Shown: piece after piece, positions 19,221-28,016 of the stretch
Layout: each line of letters starts with the position of its first letter
Position numbering within the stretch: position 1 is the stretch's first letter
Origin: an uncultured bacterium
Lineage (GTDB): Bacteria > Lernaellota > Lernaellaia > Lernaellales > Lernaellaceae
NCBI GenBank assembly: GCA_964534375.1
Contig: CAZHPN010000015.1
Span: 1-53,197 of the forward strand
Reading direction: 5' to 3'
Length of the DNA stretch: 53,197 bases
Program-made: the position numbers and the translations under genes
The notes under the pieces: model-generated
What the model was told of the DNA's origin: nothing
Seen by the model: the letters and a program-made list of their open reading frames with translations, nothing else
Database searches by the model: none

Positions 19221-20381
19221 TCACCGCCGGCCGGCGAAATAGTCGGCCAGGCGGTTCATCCCCTCGGCGAGATTTTCGGCGGAGTTCGCGTACGACAGGC
19301 GCAGGTAACCTTCGCCGCCCGAGCCGAAATCCGTGCCCGGCGTCACCGCCACGCGCGCCTTTTCGAGAATATCGAACGCCAGGTCGTAGCTGCACAACTC
19401 CTCCGCGGCGCAAAACCGTTTGACGTTGACGAACACGTAAAACGCGCCCGTCGGTTCGACCGTAACGCCCAGGCCGATCTCGCGGCACCGCGCCAACACC
19501 AGCCGCCGCCGCCGGTCGTATTCGACGCGCATGCGCTCGATTTCCGGGCCGCAGCCGCCGAGCGCCGCGACGGCCGCCGCCTGGATGAAATCGCCCGCCG
19601 AAATGAAAAAATTCTGCTGCATCTTCTGGATCGGCCGCACCAACTCCGGCGGCGCGATGAGATAGCCCAGCCGCCAGCCGGTCATCGCATACAACTTCGA
19701 GAAACCATTGACCACCAGCGAATTCGCGGTGAACTCCCGCGCGCTCGCGGCCCGGCCCTCGTAGACCAGCCCGTGGTAGATCTCATCGCTGACGACCAGC
19801 GGCCCGAGCGCGCAGATCGCCGCCAGCCGCTCGGGGTCCAGCAGGTTGCCGGTCGGGTTCGACGGGCTGTTGACCAGAATCGCCTTGGTGCGCCGCGTAA
19901 CCTTCGCGGCGATGGTCTCGGCGCGATATTGAAAACCGTCGGCCTCGGTCACGTCGACGAAGACCGGCTCGCCGCCGCCGAAGCGCACGAGTTGCGGATA
20001 ACAGGCATACCCCGGATTGGCGAGGATGATCTCGTCGCCCGGGTCGCAGATCGCCCAAAAGGCCAGCAGCAGCGCCGGGCTCGAGCCGCTGGTGACGACG
20101 ATTGTGTCCGGGTCGATCGCCGTGCCGTATTCGGCCGCATGCCGCGCGGCAATCGCCTCGCGCAAATCGCGCCGGCCGAGGCTGTGGGTGTAGTGCGTCT
20201 GCCCGCGCTGCAAACTCGCCGCTGCCGCCTCGATGACGCACGCCGGCGAATCGAAATCCGGCTCGCCGACTTCCATGTGAATGACGTGCGCGCCCTCGGC
20301 CTCCATCGCCTTGGCCCGCTCCAGCACCTCCATCACCAGGAACGGCGGGATATCGACGCTTTTTTTGCTCGGCTGGATCAC
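19221..20381 (-). CDS. Class I/II PLP-dependent aminotransferase (aspartate aminotransferase-like)
   Basis: GEPDF, NSPSNPTG, SDEIYHGL, NGFSKLYAMTGWRLG, YLRLSYA; GGAGG SD before GTG. Confidence 0.95.
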   Translation of the reverse strand: MIQPSKKSVDIPPFLVMEVLERAKAMEAEGAHVIHMEVGEPDFDSPACVIEAAAASLQRGQTHYTHSLGRRDLREAIAARHAAEYGTAIDPDTIVVTSGSSPALLLAFWAICDPGDEIILANPGYACYPQLVRFGGGEPVFVDVTEADGFQYRAETIAAKVTRRTKAILVNSPSNPTGNLLDPERLAAICALGPLVVSDEIYHGLVYEGRAASAREFTANSLVVNGFSKLYAMTGWRLGYLIAPPELVRPIQKMQQNFFISAGDFIQAAAVAALGGCGPEIERMRVEYDRRRRLVLARCREIGLGVTVEPTGAFYVFVNVKRFCAAEELCSYDLAFDILEKARVAVTPGTDFGSGGEGYLRLSYANSAENLAEGMNRLADYFAGRR

Positions 20382-20462
20382 GTTTCCTCCGGAGGAATGA
20401 GCCATGACGGGCAATGAAGGATACGATCTCCCAGCCTGCCGGCCTCTCAGGCGCTCACTTTC

Positions 20463-21146
20463 TCAGTCCGCCGCGCCAACGCGCAGCTTCACCAGCGCAT
20501 CGACGACAACTGGACGATCGCCGTCGGCAAGGATGGGATTGCAGTCGATTTCTTCGATGACGCGCTGATTCGCGGCCAATTGCGAGAGGTCGGCGAGAAG
20601 CTGCGCCATTTTTTGCTTATCGATCGCCGGCAGGCCGCGCACGGCGTTCATCAGTTTGCGGGCCTGGACATCGTGCACCAGCGCCCAGCCCTCGCGAGCG
20701 TCGAACGGCGCGACGCGGAAGGCCACGTCTTTCAGCGTCTCGGTGAAAATGCCGCCCAGACCGAACAGGACGACCGGGCCGAATTGCGGGTCTTGCGAAA
20801 CGCCGGCGATGAACTCGCGGCGCGGGTCGAGCATCGGGCCGACGAGCAGGCCGTCGGCGTTCGCGGGCAGGCGCGGCAGCAGTTCGGCCGCCGTACGGCG
20901 CACGGAGTCGACGTCTTTCAGATTGAGCCGAACGAGATCCAACTCGGTCTTGTGCAACAGCGTGCGGCCGCAGCCTTTGAGCACCACGGGGAAACCGATC
21001 GCGGCGGCGGCGGCGACGGCGTCGTCGGCCGTGCGCACGAGCCGGTCGGGCGTCACGGGAATGCCGAATTCGGCCAGCAGTTGCTTCGCTTCCCATTCGG
21101 AAAGGAACGCCGCTTTTTCCGCGACGGCCTGCGCCAGAATCGACAT
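20463..21146 (-). CDS. Acetate-CoA ligase (ADP-forming) beta subunit, ATP-grasp
   Basis: LSEWEAKQLL, GFPVVLK, HKTE, DPQFGPVVLFGLGGIFTE, EIDCNP, VVDA. Confidence 0.9.
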   Translation of the reverse strand: MSILAQAVAEKAAFLSEWEAKQLLAEFGIPVTPDRLVRTADDAVAAAAAIGFPVVLKGCGRTLLHKTELDLVRLNLKDVDSVRRTAAELLPRLPANADGLLVGPMLDPRREFIAGVSQDPQFGPVVLFGLGGIFTETLKDVAFRVAPFDAREGWALVHDVQARKLMNAVRGLPAIDKQKMAQLLADLSQLAANQRVIEEIDCNPILADGDRPVVVDALVKLRVGAAD

Positions 21147-21360
21147 GACGTGCTCGCTCCTTTAATAGAATGCGGTCCGCCGAACGGCGTTCAACGTGTC
21201 GTATTTGACGCGGCAAGTCAAGCGGACGGACAGCGGACGGACGGCGGGGAACAAGCCGCAGAGTCACGAAGGACACGGCAGTTTTTCTCGCTCTTCTCGC
21301 GGAAAAGCCCATCGACGCCGTTCTCGTCGCAACCAATTTCCTCGGCCGGCCGACGCCGAG

Positions 21361-21452
21361 CGGCGAATCGAGAATGGAGATTTGGCGCCGCCCGAATTTC
21401 TGATTCTCCATGATCCGCAATCGGCAATTTGGTTGCGGCTATGCCGTGCCCA
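21361..21452 (+). repeat. Degenerate heptamer inverted array plus REP-like hairpin
   Basis: GAGAATG...ATTCTCC, then TCCGCAATCGGCAATTTGGTTGCGGCTATGCCGTGC. Confidence 0.6.
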
Positions 21453-21559
21453 TGCGGTTCAATTCCAAGGCGCCTCCGCGCGGCTTGTTCCCCGCCCGAC
21501 GCCCCTGCTAAGATCGCCGCGCCGCCGCACGTGCGGCGTCCACCGACGAGGGCAGGGCG

Positions 21560-22204
21560 ATGACCGACAAACTGCGTCTGGCCGTTTTTCTTTCGGGCAG
21601 CGGCTCGAACTACGAAGCGATCGCGAAAAACTGCGCCGAAAACCGCATCGCCTGCGAGGTGGCCGTCGTCGTCAGCAATCGCGCCGAGGCCTTCGGCCTG
21701 CAGCGTGCGGCGAAGTACCGCACGCCGGTGATCATCCGCGACGACCGCGATTACCCGTCGCGCGAGGCGCACGAGGCCGCGATCGTCGAAGCGCTTTGCG
21801 ACTATCCCTGCGACCTGATCGCGCTCGCGGGCTGGATGCGGCTGCTCACGCCCGCGTTCGTCGGCCGCCGTTTCAACGCGCGGCTCGGCCTGCCGGGCAT
21901 CGTCAACATCCACCCGGCCGACACGCGCGCCTACCAGGGCGAGCACGGTTACGAGTTCGCGATGGGCCTGACGAAAAAAGGCCCGCGCCTGACCGAAACG
22001 AAGGTCACCGTCCACTTCGTCGACGCCGGCATGGACACCGGGCCGATCATCGCCCAACGCTTCTTGCCCGTGCTGCCCGACGACGACCTCGACGCCCTCA
22101 AAAAACGCGGCCTCGCCGTCGAGTGGGAACTTTACAGCGAGGCGCTCGACTGGATCGCTGCCGGCCGCGTCCGGTATGAAAACGGCAAGGTCATTGTGAC
22201 CTAG
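21560..22204 (+). CDS. purN: Phosphoribosylglycinamide formyltransferase
   Basis: LSGSGSN, LAGWMRLL, NIHP, VTVHFVDAGMDTGPIIAQ. Confidence 0.9.
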   Translation: MTDKLRLAVFLSGSGSNYEAIAKNCAENRIACEVAVVVSNRAEAFGLQRAAKYRTPVIIRDDRDYPSREAHEAAIVEALCDYPCDLIALAGWMRLLTPAFVGRRFNARLGLPGIVNIHPADTRAYQGEHGYEFAMGLTKKGPRLTETKVTVHFVDAGMDTGPIIAQRFLPVLPDDDLDALKKRGLAVEWELYSEALDWIAAGRVRYENGKVIVT

Positions 22205-22217
22205 CCATTCGGCGCTT

Positions 22218-22365
22218 TCATAAATCGTTCCCAGCGTAACGGAAAATCGCGCCGCCAGCGCCCACGGCAAACACGTCCGTGGCGGAACTGCCCCAGACGC
22301 CATACAAGTATTCGGTCTCGACGCCGGGCATCCGCGACCACGACGAGCCATCGAAATGCGGGCGA
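22218..22365 (-). pseudogene. 3' fragment of a VWGSS-repeat beta-propeller gene
   Basis: HFDGSSWSRMPGVETEYLYGVWGSSATDVFAVGAGGAIFRYAG* with no coherent N-terminal part. Confidence 0.7.
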
Positions 22366-22488
22366 GACGTGATCGTCGCGGCGATGGGGCGGCGCGCACG
22401 CGGCAAGAAATCCGACGAGCGCCAAGGCAGAGGGGTCGTCAACTTGATTCTCCTTCGGTTCGGCGGTCGGCCCGGATCGCTCAAGCGG

Positions 22489-22518
22489 TTGACAGGAACC
22501 CGGGCGTCCCTCTACTCT
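22489..22518 (+). promoter_or_regulatory. sigma70 promoter
   Basis: TTGACA-N18-TACTCT upstream of an AAGGAG SD and ATG 22563. Confidence 0.6.
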
Positions 22519-22562
22519 TCGAGAGTTGGGGGCGGCTTAACCTGTTCGAAGGAGATTCATCC

Positions 22563-23420
22563 ATGAAGACCACCTGGCTTGTGCTTTTGTTTGCCCTTTG
22601 CGCGGCCGTGGGCGTGTTGTTCGCGTGTTCCAGTTCCACCAGCAGCGGCGACGATGACCAGACCAACGACGACGACAACGACGCCTCGCCGGCGGATGAC
22701 GACGATAACGACGACGACGATGTGAGCCCGGGTTCGCTGACGGTCGAGAATGTTACGCAGAGCGCGTGCCTTTCGAATTCCTACGACCCGACGACCAGTC
22801 CGATCGACGTGGTGCAACCGTCTTGGGACAAAGGCGTGTTGAAAATTGAAAACCTGTACGCATACGCCAATTGCGGGTTGAAGCTGGCCGTCGACGTGAC
22901 CTCGAGCGGCAACACCGTCACCGTCACCGAAACCGGCACAGGCACGGCCGCGCATTGCGAGTGCCCCTACAATTTCAGTTATGAAATTCACGGCATCGAC
23001 ATCCCGGGCGTCACGCTGATCATCCAACGGCAGGATCTCGGTGCGACGACGCCTTCGTCGATTTTCCAACTCGAGCTGCCGCTGGGCGCGGAAAACAAGC
23101 AGTGGCTGGTGCCGCTCGCCGACGCCTTCATGGCCGGCGATCCGACGGTCGAGCCGTTTACCGCCAAATACGCCGGTTGCGACTACTATCATTATTCGGA
23201 CGCGGTTTTCATGGTCCGGCAGGATCAAGACATGTACCACGTCTTTTCGTACGACTGGTACGACCTCGACAACCCGGGCAACTATGATCCGACGTGCCAC
23301 ATGCCCGTCCCGGTGACGATCGGCACGCTGGCCGCCGGCAACTACAATTTCGGCGCGCCGTCGTGCGCCAAGACCGACGGCTCGTGGTCGATGCTGACGT
23401 TCGCCGTCACGATTCCGTAA
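22563..23420 (+). CDS. Lipoprotein with Asp-rich linker and Cys-containing beta-rich domain
   Basis: Lipobox LFAC, DDDQTNDDDND linker, ANCG...CECPY motif. Confidence 0.85.
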   Translation: MKTTWLVLLFALCAAVGVLFACSSSTSSGDDDQTNDDDNDASPADDDDNDDDDVSPGSLTVENVTQSACLSNSYDPTTSPIDVVQPSWDKGVLKIENLYAYANCGLKLAVDVTSSGNTVTVTETGTGTAAHCECPYNFSYEIHGIDIPGVTLIIQRQDLGATTPSSIFQLELPLGAENKQWLVPLADAFMAGDPTVEPFTAKYAGCDYYHYSDAVFMVRQDQDMYHVFSYDWYDLDNPGNYDPTCHMPVPVTIGTLAAGNYNFGAPSCAKTDGSWSMLTFAVTIP

Positions 23421-23430
23421 GGCTCCCGGC

Positions 23431-24267
23431 GTGGGCGGCAAGCTGGTTCTGATCGCCACGCCGATCGGCAATCTCGGCGACATCACCCAACGCGCGGCGT
23501 CGGCTTTGGCCGCCGCCGACGTCGTGGTGGCCGAGGACACGCGCCGCACCGCGGTGCTGCTCGATCACCTCGGGGTCCGCAAACCGCTCTGGTCGTTTTT
23601 CGAGGGCAATCAGCTAAGCCGCCAACGCCAAATTCTCACGGCGCTGCGCGAAGGGACGACCGTCGCGCTGGTCAGCGACGCCGGCAGTCCGCTGATTTCC
23701 GACCCCGGCTACGAACTGGTGTTCGCGTGCTTGAACGAGGAGTTGCCGGTCGAGGCGTTGCCGGGACCGTGCGCGGCGATTCTCGCGCTGCAACTATCCG
23801 GTTTGCCGCCGGACCGTTTCACGTTCGAAGGCTTTTTGCCGCGCAAGGGGCCGGCGCGCCGCGAACGCTTGGACAGTTATCGGCGCCTCGGCGGCACGCT
23901 GATTCTTTACGAATCGCCCAACCGGGTTCACGAGACGCTCGCCGACGTGCTGGCGACAATCGGCGACGCCTCCTGCGCCGTTTTGCGCGAGATGACCAAG
24001 CTCTACGAGGAAGCACTGCGCGGGCCGCTCAGTTACGTCATGGAAAAATTGGCCGGCCGGGAAATCAAAGGCGAAGTGACGATCGTCGTGCGCTTGCCGA
24101 AGCCGCAACCGGCGGAACTGGCCGAGGCGATATCGGGCGCCCGGCGGCTCAAACGCGATCTGGGCCTGAAAACGAAAGACGCGGCGGCCGCGGCCGCGCT
24201 GCTGCTCGACGCCGACAAAAAAGCGATCTACCGCGCGCTGGCGACCGAAGCGGATCCCGGCGATTAA
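23431..24267 (+). CDS. rsmI: 16S rRNA (cytidine1402-2'-O)-methyltransferase
   Basis: ATPIGNLGDIT, AEDTR, VSDAGSPLISDPG, FEGFLP, YESPNR, REMTKLYEE. Confidence 0.96.
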   Translation: MGGKLVLIATPIGNLGDITQRAASALAAADVVVAEDTRRTAVLLDHLGVRKPLWSFFEGNQLSRQRQILTALREGTTVALVSDAGSPLISDPGYELVFACLNEELPVEALPGPCAAILALQLSGLPPDRFTFEGFLPRKGPARRERLDSYRRLGGTLILYESPNRVHETLADVLATIGDASCAVLREMTKLYEEALRGPLSYVMEKLAGREIKGEVTIVVRLPKPQPAELAEAISGARRLKRDLGLKTKDAAAAAALLLDADKKAIYRALATEADPGD

Positions 24268-24303
24268 ATAAAAAGCCGTCCCGGCGAACGGCCTGGAACG
24301 GCT
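24267..24303 (-). terminator. Rho-independent terminator of the small basic protein gene
   Basis: Minus strand GCCGTTCCAGGC-CGTTC-GCCGGGACGGC followed by TTTTTATTT. Confidence 0.7.
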
Positions 24304-24321
24304 CGCGACGGCGGTAGGATC

Positions 24322-24453
24322 TTACTCGGCCTGCTCTTTGTGAATCGGGAACGGCGGGGTGGTGCCGCGGCGCGCGGCGCGCTTGCTCGCCTTGCCGCCT
24401 TTGCGAACCTTCACTTTGCGTTTCCGTACGAGAATCTTCGTGTTCGACGCCAT
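24322..24453 (-). CDS. 43-aa highly basic small protein
   Basis: MASNTKILVRKRKVKVRKGGKASKRAARRGTTPPFPIHKEQAE; GGAGG SD, own promoter and terminator. Confidence 0.8.
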   Translation of the reverse strand: MASNTKILVRKRKVKVRKGGKASKRAARRGTTPPFPIHKEQAE

Positions 24454-24495
24454 GGCACCCTCCTGACTCATGCAGCCCGGACAAATTGAGCGCGT

Positions 24496-24525
24496 CTTAT
24501 ACTGCGAAAGGCGCTCGCCTGTCAA
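24496..24525 (-). promoter_or_regulatory. Near-consensus sigma70 promoter
   Basis: TTGACA-N18-TATAAG followed by GC-rich ACGCGCTC. Confidence 0.75.
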
Positions 24526-24540
24526 ACGTCGCACGGGGCG

Positions 24541-24695
24541 AAGGAATGGAGAAGGAAAAAGGAAAAAGTCCAAACGCGGCGCACATCGCAACGCCGCCGC
24601 CTTTCGCAAGTAAACGAAGAAGGTGGGAACAAGTGCGAAACCGGCAACAAGGGCGGCCGAGGAGCGTATTTTTCCCTTTTTCCTTCTTCCTTTCT
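24541..24695. repeat. MITE-like element bounded by inverted (AAGGAAA)n/(TTTCCTT)n arrays, copy 1
   Basis: AAGGAAAAAGGAAAAAGTCCAAACGC...TTTCGCAAG...AACCGG...TTTCCCTTTTTCCTTCTTCCTT. Confidence 0.75.
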
Positions 24696-24705
24696 CGGCG
24701 CCGCG

Positions 24706-26181
24706 TCAGAAGAAAAAGTGCACCCCATACATAAAAGCCGCCACGGAGCCGGCCAGCATGACGCGCGAGGTTTTTTTCAGGTGGTGCGTGTTCAGCGCGA
24801 AGAACAAAAAGAAAAATTGCAGGTAGATGCTGACGAAAATCTTGTCCATCACTGTGCCGCCGGCGTTGCCGGGGATCGCGGTGCTCGCGGTCAGTTGGAG
24901 CGCGACGCTGGCCACGGTGAGCGTCGGCAGCAGCGAGGTCATGATCGAGTTGATGTTCTCGTGCGTCGTCAGCGCGCGCAACGTCGCCGCGAAGGTGAAG
25001 ATCACGATCAACAACAGGGGGATGAACGTGCGCCAGATCGCCGTGTCGAGTTGACGCGACAATTGAAAGACGTAAACCAGGGCCGGCCGCGGCAGCGAGT
25101 TGGAATTGTCCTGCACGGCGACCGGCACGAGGCTCGGCGTTTGACGCAGGAACTGGAAGCCGCGCGGCGGGCTGCTGAGGCGGGGTTCGAGCGGCGCGCC
25201 GGCCAGCGCGTACGGCGCGAGCGACAGTTTCGACGAGTCCAGCGACGTGGTCGCGCCGAACATCACCGTGAACAGGGTGGTGTCGAACGGGTATCGCGTC
25301 GTGTCGAAATGGGCCGGATAATGAACCGTCATCGCCGCGCCGCGCCAGATGTAGCCGCTGGCCGGTCCGACGTTGTAAAACACCGCCAGTTCCGTTTGCT
25401 CGACCGCGTCGGTGAAGGAGAGGCCCAGGCACTTGGCGAGGTTTTGCCGTTCGCTTTCCGTTTCGCCGATTGCCGCGTCCGCGCGTCGCCAACGCGCCGC
25501 TAGCGCCGGCCCGTCGCGCGGGTCGATCATCTTGTTGGCGGCCATGTGCCGGATGACGCGGTCGACCGGCGCGCCGGCGTCGATCGTCAGATCCAGGCGG
25601 ATTTCATCCTTGGCCGGGTCGGGGATCGAAACGGCGCGGATGAGCATGGACACCTCGACGCGCAACACGTCGCCCGCGGCTTCGCCCGTCAGCCCGCGCA
25701 ACCGGGTCATGATTCGGCGGCCGTCGGCCGGATCGAGGAACCGCGTGTTGTTCGCGGAAAGCGCTTGCTCCACGACCCAAAACAATTGCCGCGGCGACAC
25801 GGCCGCGTCGAGCAGTGCGTCAAAATCGTTTTGCTTCCCGGCGCTGTCCAGATTGCGGCGCGCCTCGGCCAACGCGGCGGCGGTCGCGGCCGGATCGTAA
25901 TGTCCGCTGGGCTCCAATGGCGGCTGCCATTCGGTGAACGAACGCGCCAGGCTGCGTGTAAACGCCTCACGCGGCGCGAGGCGCGGCAATTGCGCCGGCC
26001 GCACGGGCAGGATTTCTGCGATCTGCTGGCGTTGTTCGCCGAGGCGGCCGGCGTCGACCGGGTCAATCAGTTCGCGAATACGCTCGCGCCAGAAGAGCGC
26101 GGCGACCGCCAAGGCCATGACCGTCGCCGGAATCAGCCACGCGTAATGACGGCGCGAACGGTCGGCGGATGCCTGTTTCAC
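24706..26181 (-). CDS. Pentameric ligand-gated ion channel (Cys-loop/Pro-loop)-like protein with atypical N-terminus
   Basis: FDTTRYPFD loop, pre-M1 R (LSRQ), M1 with Pro (TFIPLLLIV), M2-M3 Pro (AIPG), TVMDKI, four C-terminal TMs. Confidence 0.7.
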   Translation of the reverse strand: MKQASADRSRRHYAWLIPATVMALAVAALFWRERIRELIDPVDAGRLGEQRQQIAEILPVRPAQLPRLAPREAFTRSLARSFTEWQPPLEPSGHYDPAATAAALAEARRNLDSAGKQNDFDALLDAAVSPRQLFWVVEQALSANNTRFLDPADGRRIMTRLRGLTGEAAGDVLRVEVSMLIRAVSIPDPAKDEIRLDLTIDAGAPVDRVIRHMAANKMIDPRDGPALAARWRRADAAIGETESERQNLAKCLGLSFTDAVEQTELAVFYNVGPASGYIWRGAAMTVHYPAHFDTTRYPFDTTLFTVMFGATTSLDSSKLSLAPYALAGAPLEPRLSSPPRGFQFLRQTPSLVPVAVQDNSNSLPRPALVYVFQLSRQLDTAIWRTFIPLLLIVIFTFAATLRALTTHENINSIMTSLLPTLTVASVALQLTASTAIPGNAGGTVMDKIFVSIYLQFFFLFFALNTHHLKKTSRVMLAGSVAAFMYGVHFFF

Positions 26182-26229
26182 AATCCTGTCCTGCAGTTGG
26201 GTAAGCTTTCAACCAAACAATACACAATT

Positions 26230-26465
26230 AAGGAAGAAGGAAAAAGGAAAAAGGAAAAAGTCCGAACACCCCGCCTGTCGTAGCGTCGCCGCCCTCACGC
26301 AGGGTAAGGAAGAAGGAAAAAAAATGAAAAAGTCCGAACACCGCACCCGTCGCAGCGTTGTCGCCCTTCGCAAAGACGGGAAAAAGGCGGAAACAACCGC
26401 GCAACCGGTAAATAGAGCGGCTCCGCGGCCTCTTTTTTCCTTTTTCCTTTTTCCTTTTTCCTTCC
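26230..26465. repeat. MITE-like element, copy 2, with duplicated left end
   Basis: AAGGAAAAAGTCCGAACACC occurs twice, then TTCGCAAAG...AACCGG...(TTTCCTT)n; same orientation as copy 1. Confidence 0.75.
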
Positions 26466-26516
26466 CGAAAAACCGTGCTATACAGCGCTCGCGACTTCGC
26501 GGGCGGAGGCAACTTC

Positions 26517-27881
26517 ATGGCAGCAGCGTCTTGGGACGTTCTGATTGTCGGCGCCGGGCCGGGCGGCGCGATGTGCGCGCTGTCGTGCGCGCGGGCCGGC
26601 CTGCGGCCGCTGCTGCTCGAACGCAACGCCGCGCAAGCGCCGCGCAAACCGTGCATCATCGAAGTCGAAAAAAGCGTGTTCGGCCGCTGCGGCGTGCCCG
26701 CGCCCGCACGCGCGGACGTGGTCTATGCGGCCAAGACGACGCGCATTTTTTCGCCCTCGGGCAAGCCCGCCTTTCACTTCCGCGGCCATACGGCTTGCGC
26801 GGTCAAAATCGAAAAAATCGCGGCGCAATTGCTCGGCCTCGCGCGCGACGCCGGCGCCACGACCCGCTTCGGCGTGACCGTGCGCGGGCCGCTGCTCGAG
26901 GGCGATCGCGTCGTCGGCGTCGCCGCGCACGATCGGCGCGGCCGAAACCTGGAATTGCGCGCCCGGGTCGTGGTCGACGCGACGGGGTTCGACGCGGCGC
27001 TCGTCCGGCAGCTGCCGCTTCAGTTCGGGATGGACTTCGTCGATCGCCCGGGCGACCGCGTCTGGGCGGAGGCGCGGTATTACGACATCGATGCGAAAGC
27101 GGCGCGCGCCGCCGCCGAGGCCGGCCGGTTCTCGCCCGAGGACATGCAGACGCAAATCGGCTTGCAAGGCGGCTACAGCGTTCGCGCCTTTATGGTCTCG
27201 CTCGAACGCCAGTTCGGCTACCTCCTGACCGGCGTCAAGGAGGACCATCAGCCGCCGACGGCGGCGGACCTCGCCGACGCGTGCGCGCGGGATTTGGGAT
27301 GTTTCAAAAAGCTCCGGCATCACGGCCACGGCGTGATCCGCATTCGCCGCGCGGGGCTGCGGCTGGTCGGCCCCGGCTTCGCCGCGATCGGCGAGGCGGG
27401 CGGCATGGTGATTCCGGCGCACGGCAGCGGCGTCGCTTCGGCGATGCTGGCCGGCGACAGCCTCGGCAAGCGCCTGGGCGCCATCTACGCCCGCGGCAGC
27501 GACGCGACGACCGCAGCGCTCTGGCCCTGGGCCGCCGATTACATGCGCGACCGCGGGGCCGTGCTGGCGACGTACGACGCCAACCGGCGCCTGCTAGAGT
27601 CGATCAATACGCTCCGCGACCTCGACCCGCTATTCGCCGATGGTGTTGTCTGCGCGGAAGACATGCTCGGCGCCGCCGAGGCCGCCCCGCTCTCGTTTTC
27701 GCTGCGCTCGCTGCCCGGCCGTCTGGGCGGCGCGGCCAAACATCCCGGCGCGGCGCTGAAGTTCGCCGCCGGCGGGCCGAAAATTCTATGGGTCGGCCGC
27801 CATTGGCAGAATTATCCGCAAACCTGGGACGAAGCCGCCTTCCGCAAATGGGAGGCGGAAGCGATGACGTTGTTGCCGTAG
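26517..27881 (+). CDS. FAD-dependent oxidoreductase (geranylgeranyl reductase-like)
   Basis: DVLIVGAGPGG, VVVDATG, IGEAGGMVIPAHGSGV. Confidence 0.85.
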   Translation: MAAASWDVLIVGAGPGGAMCALSCARAGLRPLLLERNAAQAPRKPCIIEVEKSVFGRCGVPAPARADVVYAAKTTRIFSPSGKPAFHFRGHTACAVKIEKIAAQLLGLARDAGATTRFGVTVRGPLLEGDRVVGVAAHDRRGRNLELRARVVVDATGFDAALVRQLPLQFGMDFVDRPGDRVWAEARYYDIDAKAARAAAEAGRFSPEDMQTQIGLQGGYSVRAFMVSLERQFGYLLTGVKEDHQPPTAADLADACARDLGCFKKLRHHGHGVIRIRRAGLRLVGPGFAAIGEAGGMVIPAHGSGVASAMLAGDSLGKRLGAIYARGSDATTAALWPWAADYMRDRGAVLATYDANRRLLESINTLRDLDPLFADGVVCAEDMLGAAEAAPLSFSLRSLPGRLGGAAKHPGAALKFAAGGPKILWVGRHWQNYPQTWDEAAFRKWEAEAMTLLP

Positions 27882-27889
27882 GGAAGGCG

Positions 27890-28012
27890 CGGGATTCGGG
27901 ATCCGGGATCCGGGATCCGGGATCCGGGGTTCGGGATTCGGGACTCGGGCTTCGGGATTCCGCATTCCGCATTTCGGTTGCGGCTCTGCGCCCTCTGTGC
28001 CTCTGTGGTTCA
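27890..28012. repeat. Heptamer array (GGGATTC/GGGATCC, ~10 copies, grading into CGCATTC), REP-like GGTTGCGGCTCTG, and a 9-mer end CTCTGTGGTT
   Basis: Directly visible tandem units between convergent genes. Confidence 0.85.
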
Positions 28013-28016
28013 ATGA

